The position numbers were made by a program, and so were the translations under genes. A stretch of DNA of 55,661 bases, the filler included, from Sphacelaria rigidula (Eukaryota), in assembly GCA_964200075.2 (NCBI GenBank). It is 6 parts of 6 records of this genome, joined end to end, with 100 filler letters (N's around TTAATTAATTAA, not from the genome) between each part and the next. Parts side by side here need not be neighbours in the genome. Positions count along the whole stretch, not along the records: positions 9,295 to 18,488 come from CAXNAA020009078.1; positions 18,589 to 27,782 come from CAXNAA020009079.1; 4 more parts are not named here. One strand, written 5' to 3'. The notes under the pieces are model-generated. The model saw only the letters and a program-made list of their open reading frames with translations. It did not search any database and had not been told where the DNA came from. Shown in pieces: positions 12,293-24,600 of this stretch (position 1 is the first letter of the stretch; each line of letters starts with the position of its first letter).

Positions 12293-15200
12293 GTGTTTGT
12301 ACCGTTGATGTGCTGTTCTTGCATTTTCTTTCAAACCAGCCAGGCACATTCGTGCACCACAAAGTAGCTTGCACGATTCGCATTGCCGACATGTTCCGTG
12401 TACATGAAAACACATGTGTACTCCAGCACACACGATGACGCCGTGTTGTTCCACGTGTTTGCCGAATATGTGGAGACACAACCGTTGGGACTCATGATGC
12501 AGGGTTCTTATTTCACGACCATGTTATTTCTGGATGCACGAGTCAGTACAGGATATCGTAAAACGCGTCGCCGGGGGACAGTCGCCATTTTTTTTGTTAT
12601 CGTGCAAGCGCCACCTTCTTCTCGCCTTCGCGTGCTGCTCGTACGAACAGATGGTGAACGAAAAAGATCATCTGGAAGAGATTCTGTCAAAACTCAGAAG
12701 ACGACGGAGGCAGGCGGCGGCGGACGAGGAGATAGCATCCATCGAGGATGATAGACTGCACTGTGCAGCACGACTGGCTGCCCTCCGGAGCTCAAAACTC
12801 GCGGAGCTCAAAGGTAGGTGTGGGTGTTCTTGTACTGGTTGCCCTCGGAATTGCGCTCCAGCGCGACGACAAATGCTCTGAACCAGAGAAGGCATCCACA
12901 AGAACTGTTTTGGGACGGTTTCTCATGTCAACCTGTTGAGATTCTTGAGCGACTCTTGAAGCTGCGTGTTGCTTTACGTGTGCACCACACAGAGTACAGA
13001 AACAAAAACTGAAGTATGTCGTTACAAAAACCGTCGTTGGATTAGGCTTTACTGTAATTGACTCAGCCCAGCTCTAGCCTCTCTGACAAACCCAATCCCT
13101 GAATACCGCTACCCCTGGGGAACTTGCCAACTTGATACACCGCAGGCCTGAGGCGCTCGTTTGCATACCAACGCTTCCCCGAGCTGCTGTTGGAGCAGCC
13201 AGATGCCGCGGAAATCGCTTTTCGAGTGCTGCTACTGAGTGGTGTGGCTATACGAGACGTGGACGAGTGGGAAGAGCATCGTATGATCTCGGTAAACACT
13301 GTGCGTTCTTGATGCGCGACGATGACTTCAGTGTAACGAACCTTGTGCTGTATCGGTTGGTGCAATGATCCCATGGTCTCGGTGGTCATCTTCGTATCTT
13401 GGCTTTCCTGTCGAAACATTCTTCACGGTGTTGTTGCTGCAGCTCTTGCTGACTTTCCTCCCCTGATTCTAGCAAGCTGCGTGCAACCAAGCTGAGGACG
13501 CATTTTTTTCGCTCAACCTTTTTGTACCGGATCGCCCCCAGTTGTTGGCAATAGCCCTCTCACTCTTTTCGCTCTTCCTGTCCTCCTCTTTGTCCGGTTC
13601 ACGTCCATGCCCTTTCTTCATCTGCCAGAGCCCCGACTAATGTCCCACTTCCACCCCACACACACTCCTACAGGCTGTTGGCACCGGGTTGATCGATGGT
13701 AGCGGTAGCAGCATCCGAGCGGGAGGGCGACGAAGCAGTAGTGATGGGCTCGGGTTTAGGTTGGCCCCAAGCAGCGACGGCGGCAGCGGCAGCGCTCCGA
13801 ACGGTTGGGGAGGGGCAGGATGTTGGCTGGCGGAGGTCGACAATCACGCTGTGGCAATCATCGAAGTTGAGTGTCTCGATCGCGTAGCCAAGCGAGACCT
13901 AGTGACCACCCTCCAGTTGCTTACGCAGCCGTCTGCTCAACATGACCAACGAGGGAAGGTGCGAAACCTGCTCCCTTCGCCGGAGCTCGCGCAGATCACG
14001 GCTATTTCCCTGGACGAAGGACGGGCAATGCTCGAAGTACCGGTAGAAGGGTCGCTGACCGCCAGGGCGTGGTTGACGGCGACTGCGACGCCGCCGGCGG
14101 GGGCTTCGGGCCCCGTGAATGAAAAGGCGTATATTTCTCCGTCGCCGGCCGTCGACTCACCACCCTCTACTGCGGGGTCTCCTTCTTCGGGGGACGATGA
14201 GAGCATGATGGCTGGGACGGTGTTTCAGTGGGAGGTATGGGCCGTGATGGTTCAGGCACTGAGAGGGCTTGCAGTCGTTCACGCGTTCTCCGAAGGCTCG
14301 ACCCACCGCGCGGTCTCCCTCGACAACATCCTCGTCGCGAAGCATCATGCAGAGGCTGCCACCACTGCCCCCCTTCAGCCTACTGTGAGCGCAACCTCAA
14401 GCGTCAGCGAATCAGCGGTCCTCAGACGACAGCAGCCGCCAAGAGCTGTGGACAATCTGGACAAGGACACTGGTGACACATCATTATATATCCCGCCTCT
14501 ATACTCGTCATCACAGTCAACTTCTCCGCGACAATGGTCGTCACCTCTCCCTCGCGGACTGCGACGCACTCAGCTGGGTCCGCCAGCGCCCGCTGCCCTT
14601 GCGAGGCCCCCGCCAGGATCACTCGCCCCGGAAGTGGTGCGAGGGAAGCCGTTTGGGCAAGCAGCGGACATCTATGCGTTTGGTATCGCACTTCGCGCTG
14701 CGTGTTGCGGAGGCAACGAAACGGACAACCCAGAAGCGTTTGGAAGACGGGAGGGCAGCAGAGCCGCCGGGGGCGGGCTGGCGGGAGGAGTGCCGGGGAT
14801 TTTGGCGCAGGGAGTTGGGCCACCTCCAGGGCCATTGCGGCAGTCTTTGATACAGGTGCTGGGGAAAATGCTTGACGACGATCCTTCGAAGCGGTGCACG
14901 GCATTGGAGGTAAGACGAAGGTGTCTCACGTTCCCGTGGAAAAAAAGGCGAAAAATGAGCCCTGCAAGATGAACCACTTTCGTGTCTTTGCCTGGGAGTC
15001 CGTTGTGTTTACTTGTATCATATGGTGCACCTGTAACCGCAGATTTTAGTTCTGCACTAGCTCCATTGCTAGTGTATTGTTGAAAATGTTGTACACAGCA
15101 ATCATTTTCACCTACAGAAGCCCCTGGATAACGCGATCTTCTCGCCCATCTATTTTCTGGCACCACCTGAGCCTTACCCGATCACATCAACGCGCGCTTC

Positions 15201-16711
15201 GCTTGTTGGTATTGGCTGGCATAATTTCTCGCCTTCATCAGGCCCTATCATCAGAGTACTTCCGAGTTCCCCCGCCACGCTCGCCGAACCCCGTGTACCC
15301 CCTAAAATGGTGCACGTTCCCCGGGGAACGGGCCCGGCGAAGTCCGATACCGCCGCCTCCTGGCAAGCACCCAAATTGGGTAGCCGCCATCGCCGGCGGT
15401 GGCGGTGGTGGCGGTAGCCGCAAAGGCTCCGGTACATTGGTGGGGCCAACGAACCAGGGCTGGTGGGAGTCTTGCTACGTTGTTGACGTGCCGCCGCCCG
15501 ATGATGGGAGGGGTGGGGACGAGGAGCGAGCCGTCGACAAGGAGTGGGTGGAAGTGGAATCGTTTCTCCGGCGCTCCTTGCCCGGTGCGCGCCTTCACCG
15601 CTTGTCGCGACTCCAGGACCGTGGCCGCTGGCTGCGCTTCGCTTGTGCGCGAGATATTGCCGTTTCTACCGCCACAGCCACCGCTGATGGGGTGTTCAGT
15701 GCGAGTGTGAGCAGCGGGGGCGCCGAAACTACGACCGGCGCCGGTGCAGGTGCTGCGTCAGTGACGTGCCTCTTCGCCAATCCGCGTGAGGTAGTTACCC
15801 ACGAGGTGTTGTCTGCTTTCGCGACGCGAAGCGGCACGGCTACGGGGTCGGTGGAAAACGGCATGGGCGAAGGACGGCGTAGTAGTTTCACAGGAAACAG
15901 CAATAGCCCATGGAGGGGTGAAATGTTGGAGGAGCTGGGTGTAGACCGAGCTGGGGGTGTGAACGGAGCGTCGGGGACTATAGAGGGACATTTGAGATGT
16001 TCCGCGTCAGCGCGGTATGCAACAGTGGCCTTTGCGTCACCCCCGCCGAGCTCACCATCGCCGCCGGAGTCGGCGACGGATAACAGTGCCACTGAGAGTA
16101 GGACGGTGGGGCTGCCTAACTTGCGCACCCTCGCCGTCGTGCGTGCGGTGACAGGCGTCGTTGTTTCCGCGGACAATCGCGATGATCACACAGCATCAAC
16201 GATGGCCACGGCAGTAACAGCGGGAGAAGCCGCAATGGCCGGCGGCGAAGCGATGGAAAAATCGCCTCGTTCTAATACAGCCAACGATTCGAATGATGAC
16301 CCGTTCGCTGGTGTGGACCCGTCGATCGACGACCTTACTCGGCTCGGTGGGATCCGTCTTCACTCGTCCTTGTCTGCGCAAGGCGGCGATTGCTTTGGAA
16401 CAAGTGGGGACGAGCTAGCCGCCATGAACACTGGCCGCCTCCCACCGTTGGCGCCGGGACTGGGGCATACAGGTGCCGATTCGGTCAAGATGTGGGAATC
16501 TTTGAACTGTGGCGATGCAGGGGTAGATGCACCGGAGGAAGCGATACCAGGGGTGGGTAATCAAGCGGGGTGGGCACACTTGACCCGCGGACAAGGCGGT
16601 GGTGCACCGGCATCATGGGGTGATGGCGTGGCGGAGGTGTTCATCGTGCGGAGGGGTGCATGCTATCCGGAGTACCTTATTGAGTTTTCTTTCCCGCCGC
16701 ACTGCACGTAG
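9771..16711 (+). CDS. Coiled-coil + pseudokinase + degenerate PARP (ART)-like domain fusion protein, ~1481 aa, 7 exons
   Basis: Phase-consistent GT-AG exon chain: 9771-9905, 10178-11344, 12075-12203, 12651-12813, 13146-13291, 13674-14909, 15242-16711 (TAG), 4446 nt in total. Kinase C-lobe motifs: ALRGLAVVH..HRAVSLDNILV, LAPEVVRG, ADIYAFG, and KMLDDDPSKRCTALE|ALSSEYF completed across the last intron. PARP-like motifs: EWVEVESFL..LSRLQDRGRWLRF, CLFAN, LAVVRAVTG, DSV, EVFIV..CYPEYLIEF. The start codon (9771 vs 9828) is uncertain. Confidence 0.8.
12225..12295 (+). repeat. (CTG)n microsatellite in intron 3 of the kinase-PARP gene
   Basis: About 15 near-perfect CTG/CTA units just after the donor at 12204. 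Confidence 0.9.
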
Positions 16712-18488
16712 CGCCCACATTCTCTTCGCAACAGCGCATGCATCTGTAAAAAGAAATGCATGCGGCGTTTGCAGGTCAGTGTGTGCTGCTTGCATCCCGT
16801 CTTTGAAGTAAATCCATGTGGTTGCACAAGGCTTGCGTCGGCGGCGGTGGTGGCCCCCTCCTTGTTATTATTGCTGTTGGTGTTGCTCCTGCTGTTCATG
16901 TATCTTTTGTTGTTCACCCTGTTGGAGGTGTTGTTTTTGCCGTATCTAGACAAGGCTTCCAGCCTTGTCAACAAGAGTTGGACGTATGCAGGCCATACTT
17001 GTCTCAGAGTTCGTCTTTGTCGAGACGTTTCACAGCTCGAAACCCTTGTGTAACGTCGACACCTTCGCGTTTTTGTACTTTAGGTACTAGGTTTTATGCG
17101 GTGCGTGCCAAGTTTGGAAATGTAGTCTGCATTACGTGTTCCATATTTTGATGCCATCTTTTTGTCAACACGAGTGTGTTTCGTACAAGGAGTACCACGC
17201 TTTGAAGGTGTATTTGTCTCGAGCATAGTTTTCCGGATGCGAAAGCTGGCGCCTCTCATTAACCCGATTTGAGTCGTATTTCAACTGCCGGGCGTTAAAC
17301 GAGAGCGCCTCATGTGTGCCTCCATGTTGGAATTTTGTTTGTAGCGTTATTATAGCGCATCATTGACACTGTTCAAGTGGACTTTACTCTCAGTAGCAAA
17401 TGATCCCATTGATGTTGGGTTCTTGATGCTCACAAAGGGTCAAGAATACGCCCGAATACAGTACCGGCGAGATCTCCTCACACATGCATGCCTAGGCCCT
17501 GGTGCTTTAGCCCCTCGACGTGCGTTGATGAATCGCTATGCCTCCCTACGGAGCATACGAATCGGAGCCTTACAAGGTTCACGACGTCCCGTCGAATCGA
17601 TGAGAACACGCTTTACACTTCGCAGCATGAACGGAGCACGAACGCAGCACGTCGCGTGTTTCTACACACAAGGTACGGCGACGAAAAGCTGAACACATCC
17701 GATTTTAATCGATGCGCCCATTGCGCGTGCAAAAAACATGTTTTCACTGATCTCGTAGCACACTTGATTCTCTCGAAACGTTACCCTCTGGGAAACAGTA
17801 ATTCCGAGATCCCCTCACATACGCATGGCGAGAAGCTGGTACTTCTCCCGCTCGAACCGTGCTCGTAAAATATTGTGTACCCCGCTACGGAGCACATGAA
17901 ATCGAATTCAGAAACCTGACAGCATGCAACCAAATCCATGTGAACAACGCGTCTTCACACCTCCCCGCACGTCGCAGGTCTTCACGCATCATACAGCGGC
18001 GGGAAGCTCGACACATAGGATCGGATCGATGCACCCGCAACGCGTGCAAGATATCTATGAATAACTCAGTATGCTCAACTGAGGACGTTTCCCCACAAGC
18101 CTTGCTGTCGGAGTACGAAGAGATTCATAAGACCCATTTTGAAATGTTGTACTCCGACGTTTTCGACATTGCGCGAATGACGGCGGTCATCCTGTGCCCA
18201 CAACCGATCCCGTTCGACCATATTAAAATATTGCCGACCTGAGTCCTCGTACATGTGAATTGGGATTGATTCGCGGGTACATTCCAGTGCAGTTGACTGC
18301 ACTACATTTGCGGGGTGGAGAAATAATGGACCAAGTATGGGGTTGATATTGTGTTAAATGACTATCAATATATGTGCCGCATAGGACACTTTCTACGATA
18401 GCCCCCCCCCCCCCCCCCCCCCCCCAAGCTTGGTCCTTGGGGGGAGGGGAATCTCCCCAAACAAGAAGGGGAAACACCGAGAAGCAGA

Positions 18489-18588
18489 NNNNNNNNNNNN
18501 NNNNNNNNNNNNNNNNNNNNNNNNNNNNNNNNTTAATTAATTAANNNNNNNNNNNNNNNNNNNNNNNNNNNNNNNNNNNNNNNNNNNN
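18489..18588. other. Artificial 100-nt contig linker
   Basis: Identical N44-TTAATTAATTAA-N44. Confidence 0.97.
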
Positions 18589-18682
18589 GTAGGAACGGTG
18601 CTCCGTCTCGAAAGGAATGCGTGGTAAATGGTCACACGACTAAGGCAAGCAACAAATGAGTACGCCCCCCCCCCCTGTCCCA

Positions 18683-21600
18683 TCATACGCACCAACGACG
18701 AAGTCTGGTCAAGGAAGGCATATTCTCACCAGAGGTTTGTCGCCGTGTTGTCACACAAGGCCTGCCTTTCCACGGCAACGCGGGTCTGTTGAGCCTCGAC
18801 GACAGGACATGGACGATAGCCTCCGTCTCCTTCTCTGTCTCCTTCTCCGCGTGCTGCTCCGAGCTCTCGGCGATCGACAGCGATGCTAACGGCTTCGGAG
18901 CTTGCAGCATCACCGGCCCGCGGCTGGCATCCCCACCCCGGCTGCCCCCGACACTGGGAGACGACGGTTCAAGTTGATTGTCGGCCTTCAACGAGCCCAT
19001 CTCCCGCTGGAGCTCAAGCCAACGACGAATATTTTCGTCGCCCCACTCGTCTGCCTCCCAGGATACGTTTCTTTCGGAAGATGCAGACGAACTTCTCGCC
19101 AAAGCGCTATACGGCGCCCAGAGACTTCTGTAAGTCGTCACCGTTTTTCGTGAAGACGTCGTGGAAATGCCTGGGAGCGACGACGAAGTAACACCCAGTC
19201 CGGGGATTGAAGTAGACTGAATCATAACCGGCCGTCGGCTCAGCGAGTGAGGTGGCGGTGCTGAAGTCCAGCAGCGAGGCATCGTTGGCCTGGGCGCGAC
19301 GGAAACCTGTGAGAATGAGGGGCCGGGATGTTTCGTACTCTTCGGCGGAATAGGTATATACGACCTTCCTTTTTGTTGCGGATATGTTTCACACGGTGGC
19401 AAGGAGGGAAGCGGACGCTGTATTGGACGCATCGTAGAGAAACAAGACAAATTAGTAATTCAGCAGGGAATCTGTATGACGCGTCTGAGCACTCATCGCC
19501 AGCCTAAGTAAAACCGGTAGTTCACCTGAGGTTAAGGTTATTTGGATTTTTCGCAGCCGGGCGTGGCTGTACGCAGCTTCTGCTGGCCCTTGTTTCACCT
19601 TAGTCTATCACAACACTGAACGACACGTTGCTCTCCAAACTTCGCTGACTCTGCGGTATTTTGTTTTCCGTCGCACTTTCAACCCCTCTCCTTTCTCGGA
19701 AAGCGTACACAATCTCAAGGGATCAAGTCATCTCTCCACGGTCCATGCCTTGCCTTCTGGTCTCGCGGATTGGATCAGCGCTCCCGCACCGCATCCACGC
19801 GCGTCAAACAAACTGAGTCGAACTACTTTGGTCTACCAACACGTACGCTTCCGACGGCAGAAATCAGAGCCCCCCCCCCCCAAAAAAAAAAGACTCATCT
19901 GGCGGGTATCAAATCCACGTTTCCTTCACCCTACTAGTGTCAGGTGGACCATTGAATCACCGGGGTGCATTGTACAGCCCTTTTATCGGGGCTCTTACTT
20001 CACGAAACCCCGAACCCGAAACACGGGCAGCACATTACGATTGCTTGCCTCTGGTCCATCGATGTGTTGCCAAGCCGCTAATCTCGCCCGCCTCGGCCCA
20101 ATCGCCCGTACGGCCGCCTGGTTCTGCAAGCCCACGAGTCTCGCCGGCGCCACGACAAATACCGGGTCCCAGGAACCCTCGGCACGAAAGATTTGAAGGG
20201 AACGTGCGGGGCTACTCCGACCACATTCAACCGCGCGGTACGATGCATGACGAGCGGTAGAGCCGTGCCAATTGCGAGCATGATCATCCGGCCCACCTAA
20301 ATAGCCTTCTACACCTAGCTCACACGCCGGAGGAAGGTTTTGAGGGTCGGCATCTACTTGTGTGTGGTATCGCGAATCATGGAGCTCATCCGCTGGCCCG
20401 CACGTCAGCAAGGGAACGTTGAGGCTCCCAGCGCCTGAATGGAGCCCACTGGCTGAGATGCCCCGGTGAAGGCGATGCAATCGCGCTTGGTCGCGCCCAG
20501 CTGGCGGCCGTACGTTGTTGTGCTGTTTGGCGTAAATATGTGTCCACCAGCCACGCGGGTCGTAGTAGAGACACCTGAAGTCTAGCTGCTGATCACCCAT
20601 GTGCGGCGAGTTTTCAACCCCTTGAAATGGCGACACCGAGACGAGAGAGCCTTCAGCACAAACCGAGACTATCACGGACCAAGTTCCCCGCAGAACCTGC
20701 GCGCGGGTACATTCAAGACCAAATGCGGGCGATCCTATGGTAAGGAGCGTAGGTGCGCGCATGAAGGGCGCCGTGTTCTGTTTATAGGCCACGTGTGTGT
20801 CTGGATAGTGCTGAAGGTGCGCATGATGTCATGATGAGGACGCATCAGCAGTCGCGGTGAAGGTGCCGCGGTGTCAGCCATGGTAAGTGGTCGCTTCGCG
20901 GCTTTTGCGACTGATCCACAAACCATCATTCACTTTTGTAGCGAATGCAAAACGAACCCCGTCCTTGGCCCTGGGTTCGCTAAAGCTACACATCACACTT
21001 GCGGCGCAGGCAGACTACAACGCCTATTTTCCTTCTATGCTTGAGTCCGGGGAATGATCGGCGGCAGTAGTTTTCTACTCACGTGGCGCGACGGCGATCG
21101 ATACGCGGTGGCAATCGTTCTCCTTTCGCTTCCGGGCTCCACCCTCCCGGTGATATAATTTCCCATTCCTCACCTGAACTTTCTCTCCCACAGCTGGTCG
21201 ACGAATTTTTCCATTATATTGAGCAGCAGCTTCGTCGGATCCCGTCATTGTGGCAGATAACTCTTCTACCGAGCGAGAGCCACACTCCTCCGGAAGCCTA
21301 TCCTCGAAATCTGGACTCCTCCAAGGTGTCGACGATACAAGAGGGATATCAGCGCTGATGGAGTCCCCAGACCCGGTTGTGTCAGGCATCACTTCGTTGG
21401 CGTCTTCATGCACAGTTTTACTTGCCATTTGAACCTGACAGAAATACGGGTTTCAACTCATCGAGTATGTCTGTGGTAGCTGTAGCACCGCTGCAAATCA
21501 CCATAGCGGTATGAGCACGCAGTGGTATGACATAAAAGTCATTGAAAAGACGGTGGGTATGGGACACTTAGGCGTGGGTTTACCGGTACCAAGCAGCTAC

Positions 21601-24600
21601 CGCTAAGGTCTAACAGTGTCGGGTAGCCTACCATGGGAGAGGTGAACATACTCGAAATCTACTGCGCAAGTACGTTTGGCCATATCTAGGGTCCCTTCCA
21701 CCCCATATACATACATGTGTGGTTCCAGGATGTAGATCCCTGTAACTCATCCCCGCCTTCGCGAGAAGGGGCTCCATTTGATCGTACATCCGCTGATCGA
21801 CAGATCCCGCTTGACGCTCCACTAGATCAGGACAGGCAGGGCTTCGAGTAAGAAGGATCACTGCCCTGCGGCACAACCGCATCAGTCCGACACCTACTCG
21901 CAACTTCCCTTGGTTGCTTGTGACTCGTCCGCCCTCGCGATCTAATTCAGTAGTCTCGTGAAGTGCCTCCACCCGCTCCGTCGTCGGGCTCCCGGCGGAC
22001 AATAATTCCGGTAGCATTGGTGGTGAGGCTACTGACTTTCTCATATCTGTCCCATCCCGCAATCGCTCAGCTTCATTGCAATATTCGCTGCCGGCTACAT
22101 TTTCGGATCGTGGCCGCACAAGCAGAGGTCCTTCTTCATCGAACAACACTGTATTGCCGGTACATTCATTGCCCTCAAGATGGACGCTCCGGGTGTGTTT
22201 CGAACCTCGCTCAGATCCTGTCTCGTCTCTATTGACTGCGCCGATGGATGCATCATCTGGCACCTCGCTGGTGGAAGGGGCGCGGACGAAGTTTCCCGGG
22301 GGGGTACTCGGCTTTGCTGCTATATATACATCTTCATCTTTCATCACTGCGGTAGCTTTGTTGTGTTCCGTCGCCCACTGCGTTTTTTCCCAATCCTCGA
22401 AGGCATTTCCTATCCCCGTTACGATAGGAGGCAGGGCCGCCAATAGATCGCTCTGCCCCTTGTTTAGTAAAGGCGGGACCGTCGTGTTCGTACAACCTGG
22501 AGCGGACACCTGGCGAAGGTAGTAGGCCGTAGTGAGAGTGTCCAACACAGTGATAGAGATAGTGCGGGGAGGAGGGTACGTACGGGAACTCATTCGGGGA
22601 AAGGTGCAGTCATTACAAGTCTACAGGAATACAAATATTCACATGAACCAAAGCATAGAGAGGGGTAGTGTGTTGGAGGGAGGGACTAGATCCGAGAGGG
22701 TCACCTGCGTGCTTTTAGTCACATAGCGTTGGGTTTGTTTTTATCAAGTTTTCCAAACCTACTGCACGTTACACGTCAAAGCACGAAAGTGGGCCTTCTC
22801 GGGAGACACAGACACCGTACAGTAAGTGAACAACGTGAACGACATTACCGACAACACCAAGTTCGTCGCTGTCATCTTGCACTGGTGTTCGTCCCTGCAC
22901 ATCGGTGGCGACGTGAGCTGACGAAATTCGGTTTTTTGGTTTGATTTTCAGCGACTTAATCCTGACACATCCAGCAGCGACATCATCTCAAACGACGAAG
23001 AGGGTTCAGTAGATCAACGGCACGAGTGTCACAAGTGCCCCAGGGAACAGTTGCCTGTATCAACACATCCAGACTAACTTCGCTGCGGGGAAAATTGAGA
23101 CGTGAGAGTTGTGTTGAACAACTATTATTGTTACTACATTCTGTGCAGCATGCGGTGTAAATTCGAAAGACCGACGTCTCAATTGTACCTTCTTGACCTC
23201 GCCTGCAATGTCTTCCCTTAGCATGTGTACGAGCGCCGTGCACACGAAGGGTGGAATGCAGCTAAGATCGCCGTGAATGCGATCAAGCACTCCGGTTTGA
23301 TTCATCAGCAGTACCATCAGAGCTTCTGCGAGAATCTGCTTCAGGACAAAGAATGTCGTGCATTGCGCGCCGTGTTGAGGCTTCTACTCATAGGCGCGTT
23401 CCAGCAGTGAGAAAAGAAGGTGCCCGTGTGCTATCCGTTCGCGGTTCGGAAGAGATTACTGTTGACTTCATGACGGAGAATCGGTTCATGATTCTGTGAA
23501 GTGGGAAGACACGGGCACGGATTGCACGAAGTAGTAAAGAAATTGTGAGTTGAAGGTGATCTATGTAAATTTTTCTCGGTCGGTAGATCGCTGTCTCGTT
23601 CACACAACGTTGTACCGTTGCACCCTCACGATGACACAATCGAACACGTTGACTTTCAGTACTTTGTTCTCTTCTATCTTGTGTTGATTTCCTCCACTTG
23701 GACCTTGTGTCGACTGTTGCGCTGACACGGTGGGCACTTCTCCTGTGCGAAGTCATGCCAGGATATCGCCAAACAAAGCAACTGGCCATAACTGCACGCG
23801 ATTGTTCGCTATACAAGCTTAGCATAGATTTTGGAGCTACTGCATGCTACGAATGACCGACGACATAGTTGTGGCACCATCATCGTGAGCTCTGTATGCA
23901 TGTGATCATTTCATACCCTGGACAATAGAATACACGGTCGAAAAGTGCACTGCGTACAGTATGGGATCTATTGTCTATTGCAATAGACAATAGATCCCAT
24001 ACTGTACGCAGTACACTTTTCGACCGTCTTTTCGACCGTGTATTCTATTGTCCAGGGTATGGATCATTTTTGAACACATCTTGATAATAAAAAGAGGTAA
24101 ATGTGTACATGCGTACACATGGAGTCCGTGCGTAGGAGATGGGCACACGGCATCAACGTTTGTGGGCCGAAGTATATGAAGTTAGTACTACATAGGTCAT
24201 GGATGTAGTGTCTGGTATCTTGCGTTACCTGCTTCGGTATGGTGTCCCTGAACGCAGCCCGAACGGCCAAAATCACGGCTATATCCAGCTTCGATTCCAG
24301 GGGCAGCGACCGCAAAACTGTGGCATGAGATAGGGGCAAACAGCCACTGCCCCCGCCGTCAGCTTCACCGACACCACCACCGCATCCTGGCACGGATGCT
24401 CCGTGCACAATGGTGAAGGATCCTAACCACGCCGATCGGTTTGTGCTAGCCGCTCGCCTGTCGTAGCGCTCAAGAAGTGTGCGGAGGCGAATTGGATCTG
24501 CAGCCTCAAATCTGTCAGAATGAAAGGGATGGTCCAACAAGGGGTGCAGGGAAACCGGATCGGGAAATTCGTTTTGCACTCCGCATCCACCGTTAATACT

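Noticed and set aside
11854-12481. ORFs with poly-Cys, poly-Ala, poly-Leu or poly-Ser tracts
   Set aside because: Translations of an intronic (CTG)n microsatellite. Only 12075-12203 is modelled as exon.
18075-18238. Minus-strand segment (GRQYFNMVERDRLW..) that is phase-compatible as the last exon of the LRR gene
   Set aside because: It lies across an artificial linker on a different contig, so the phase match is coincidental.
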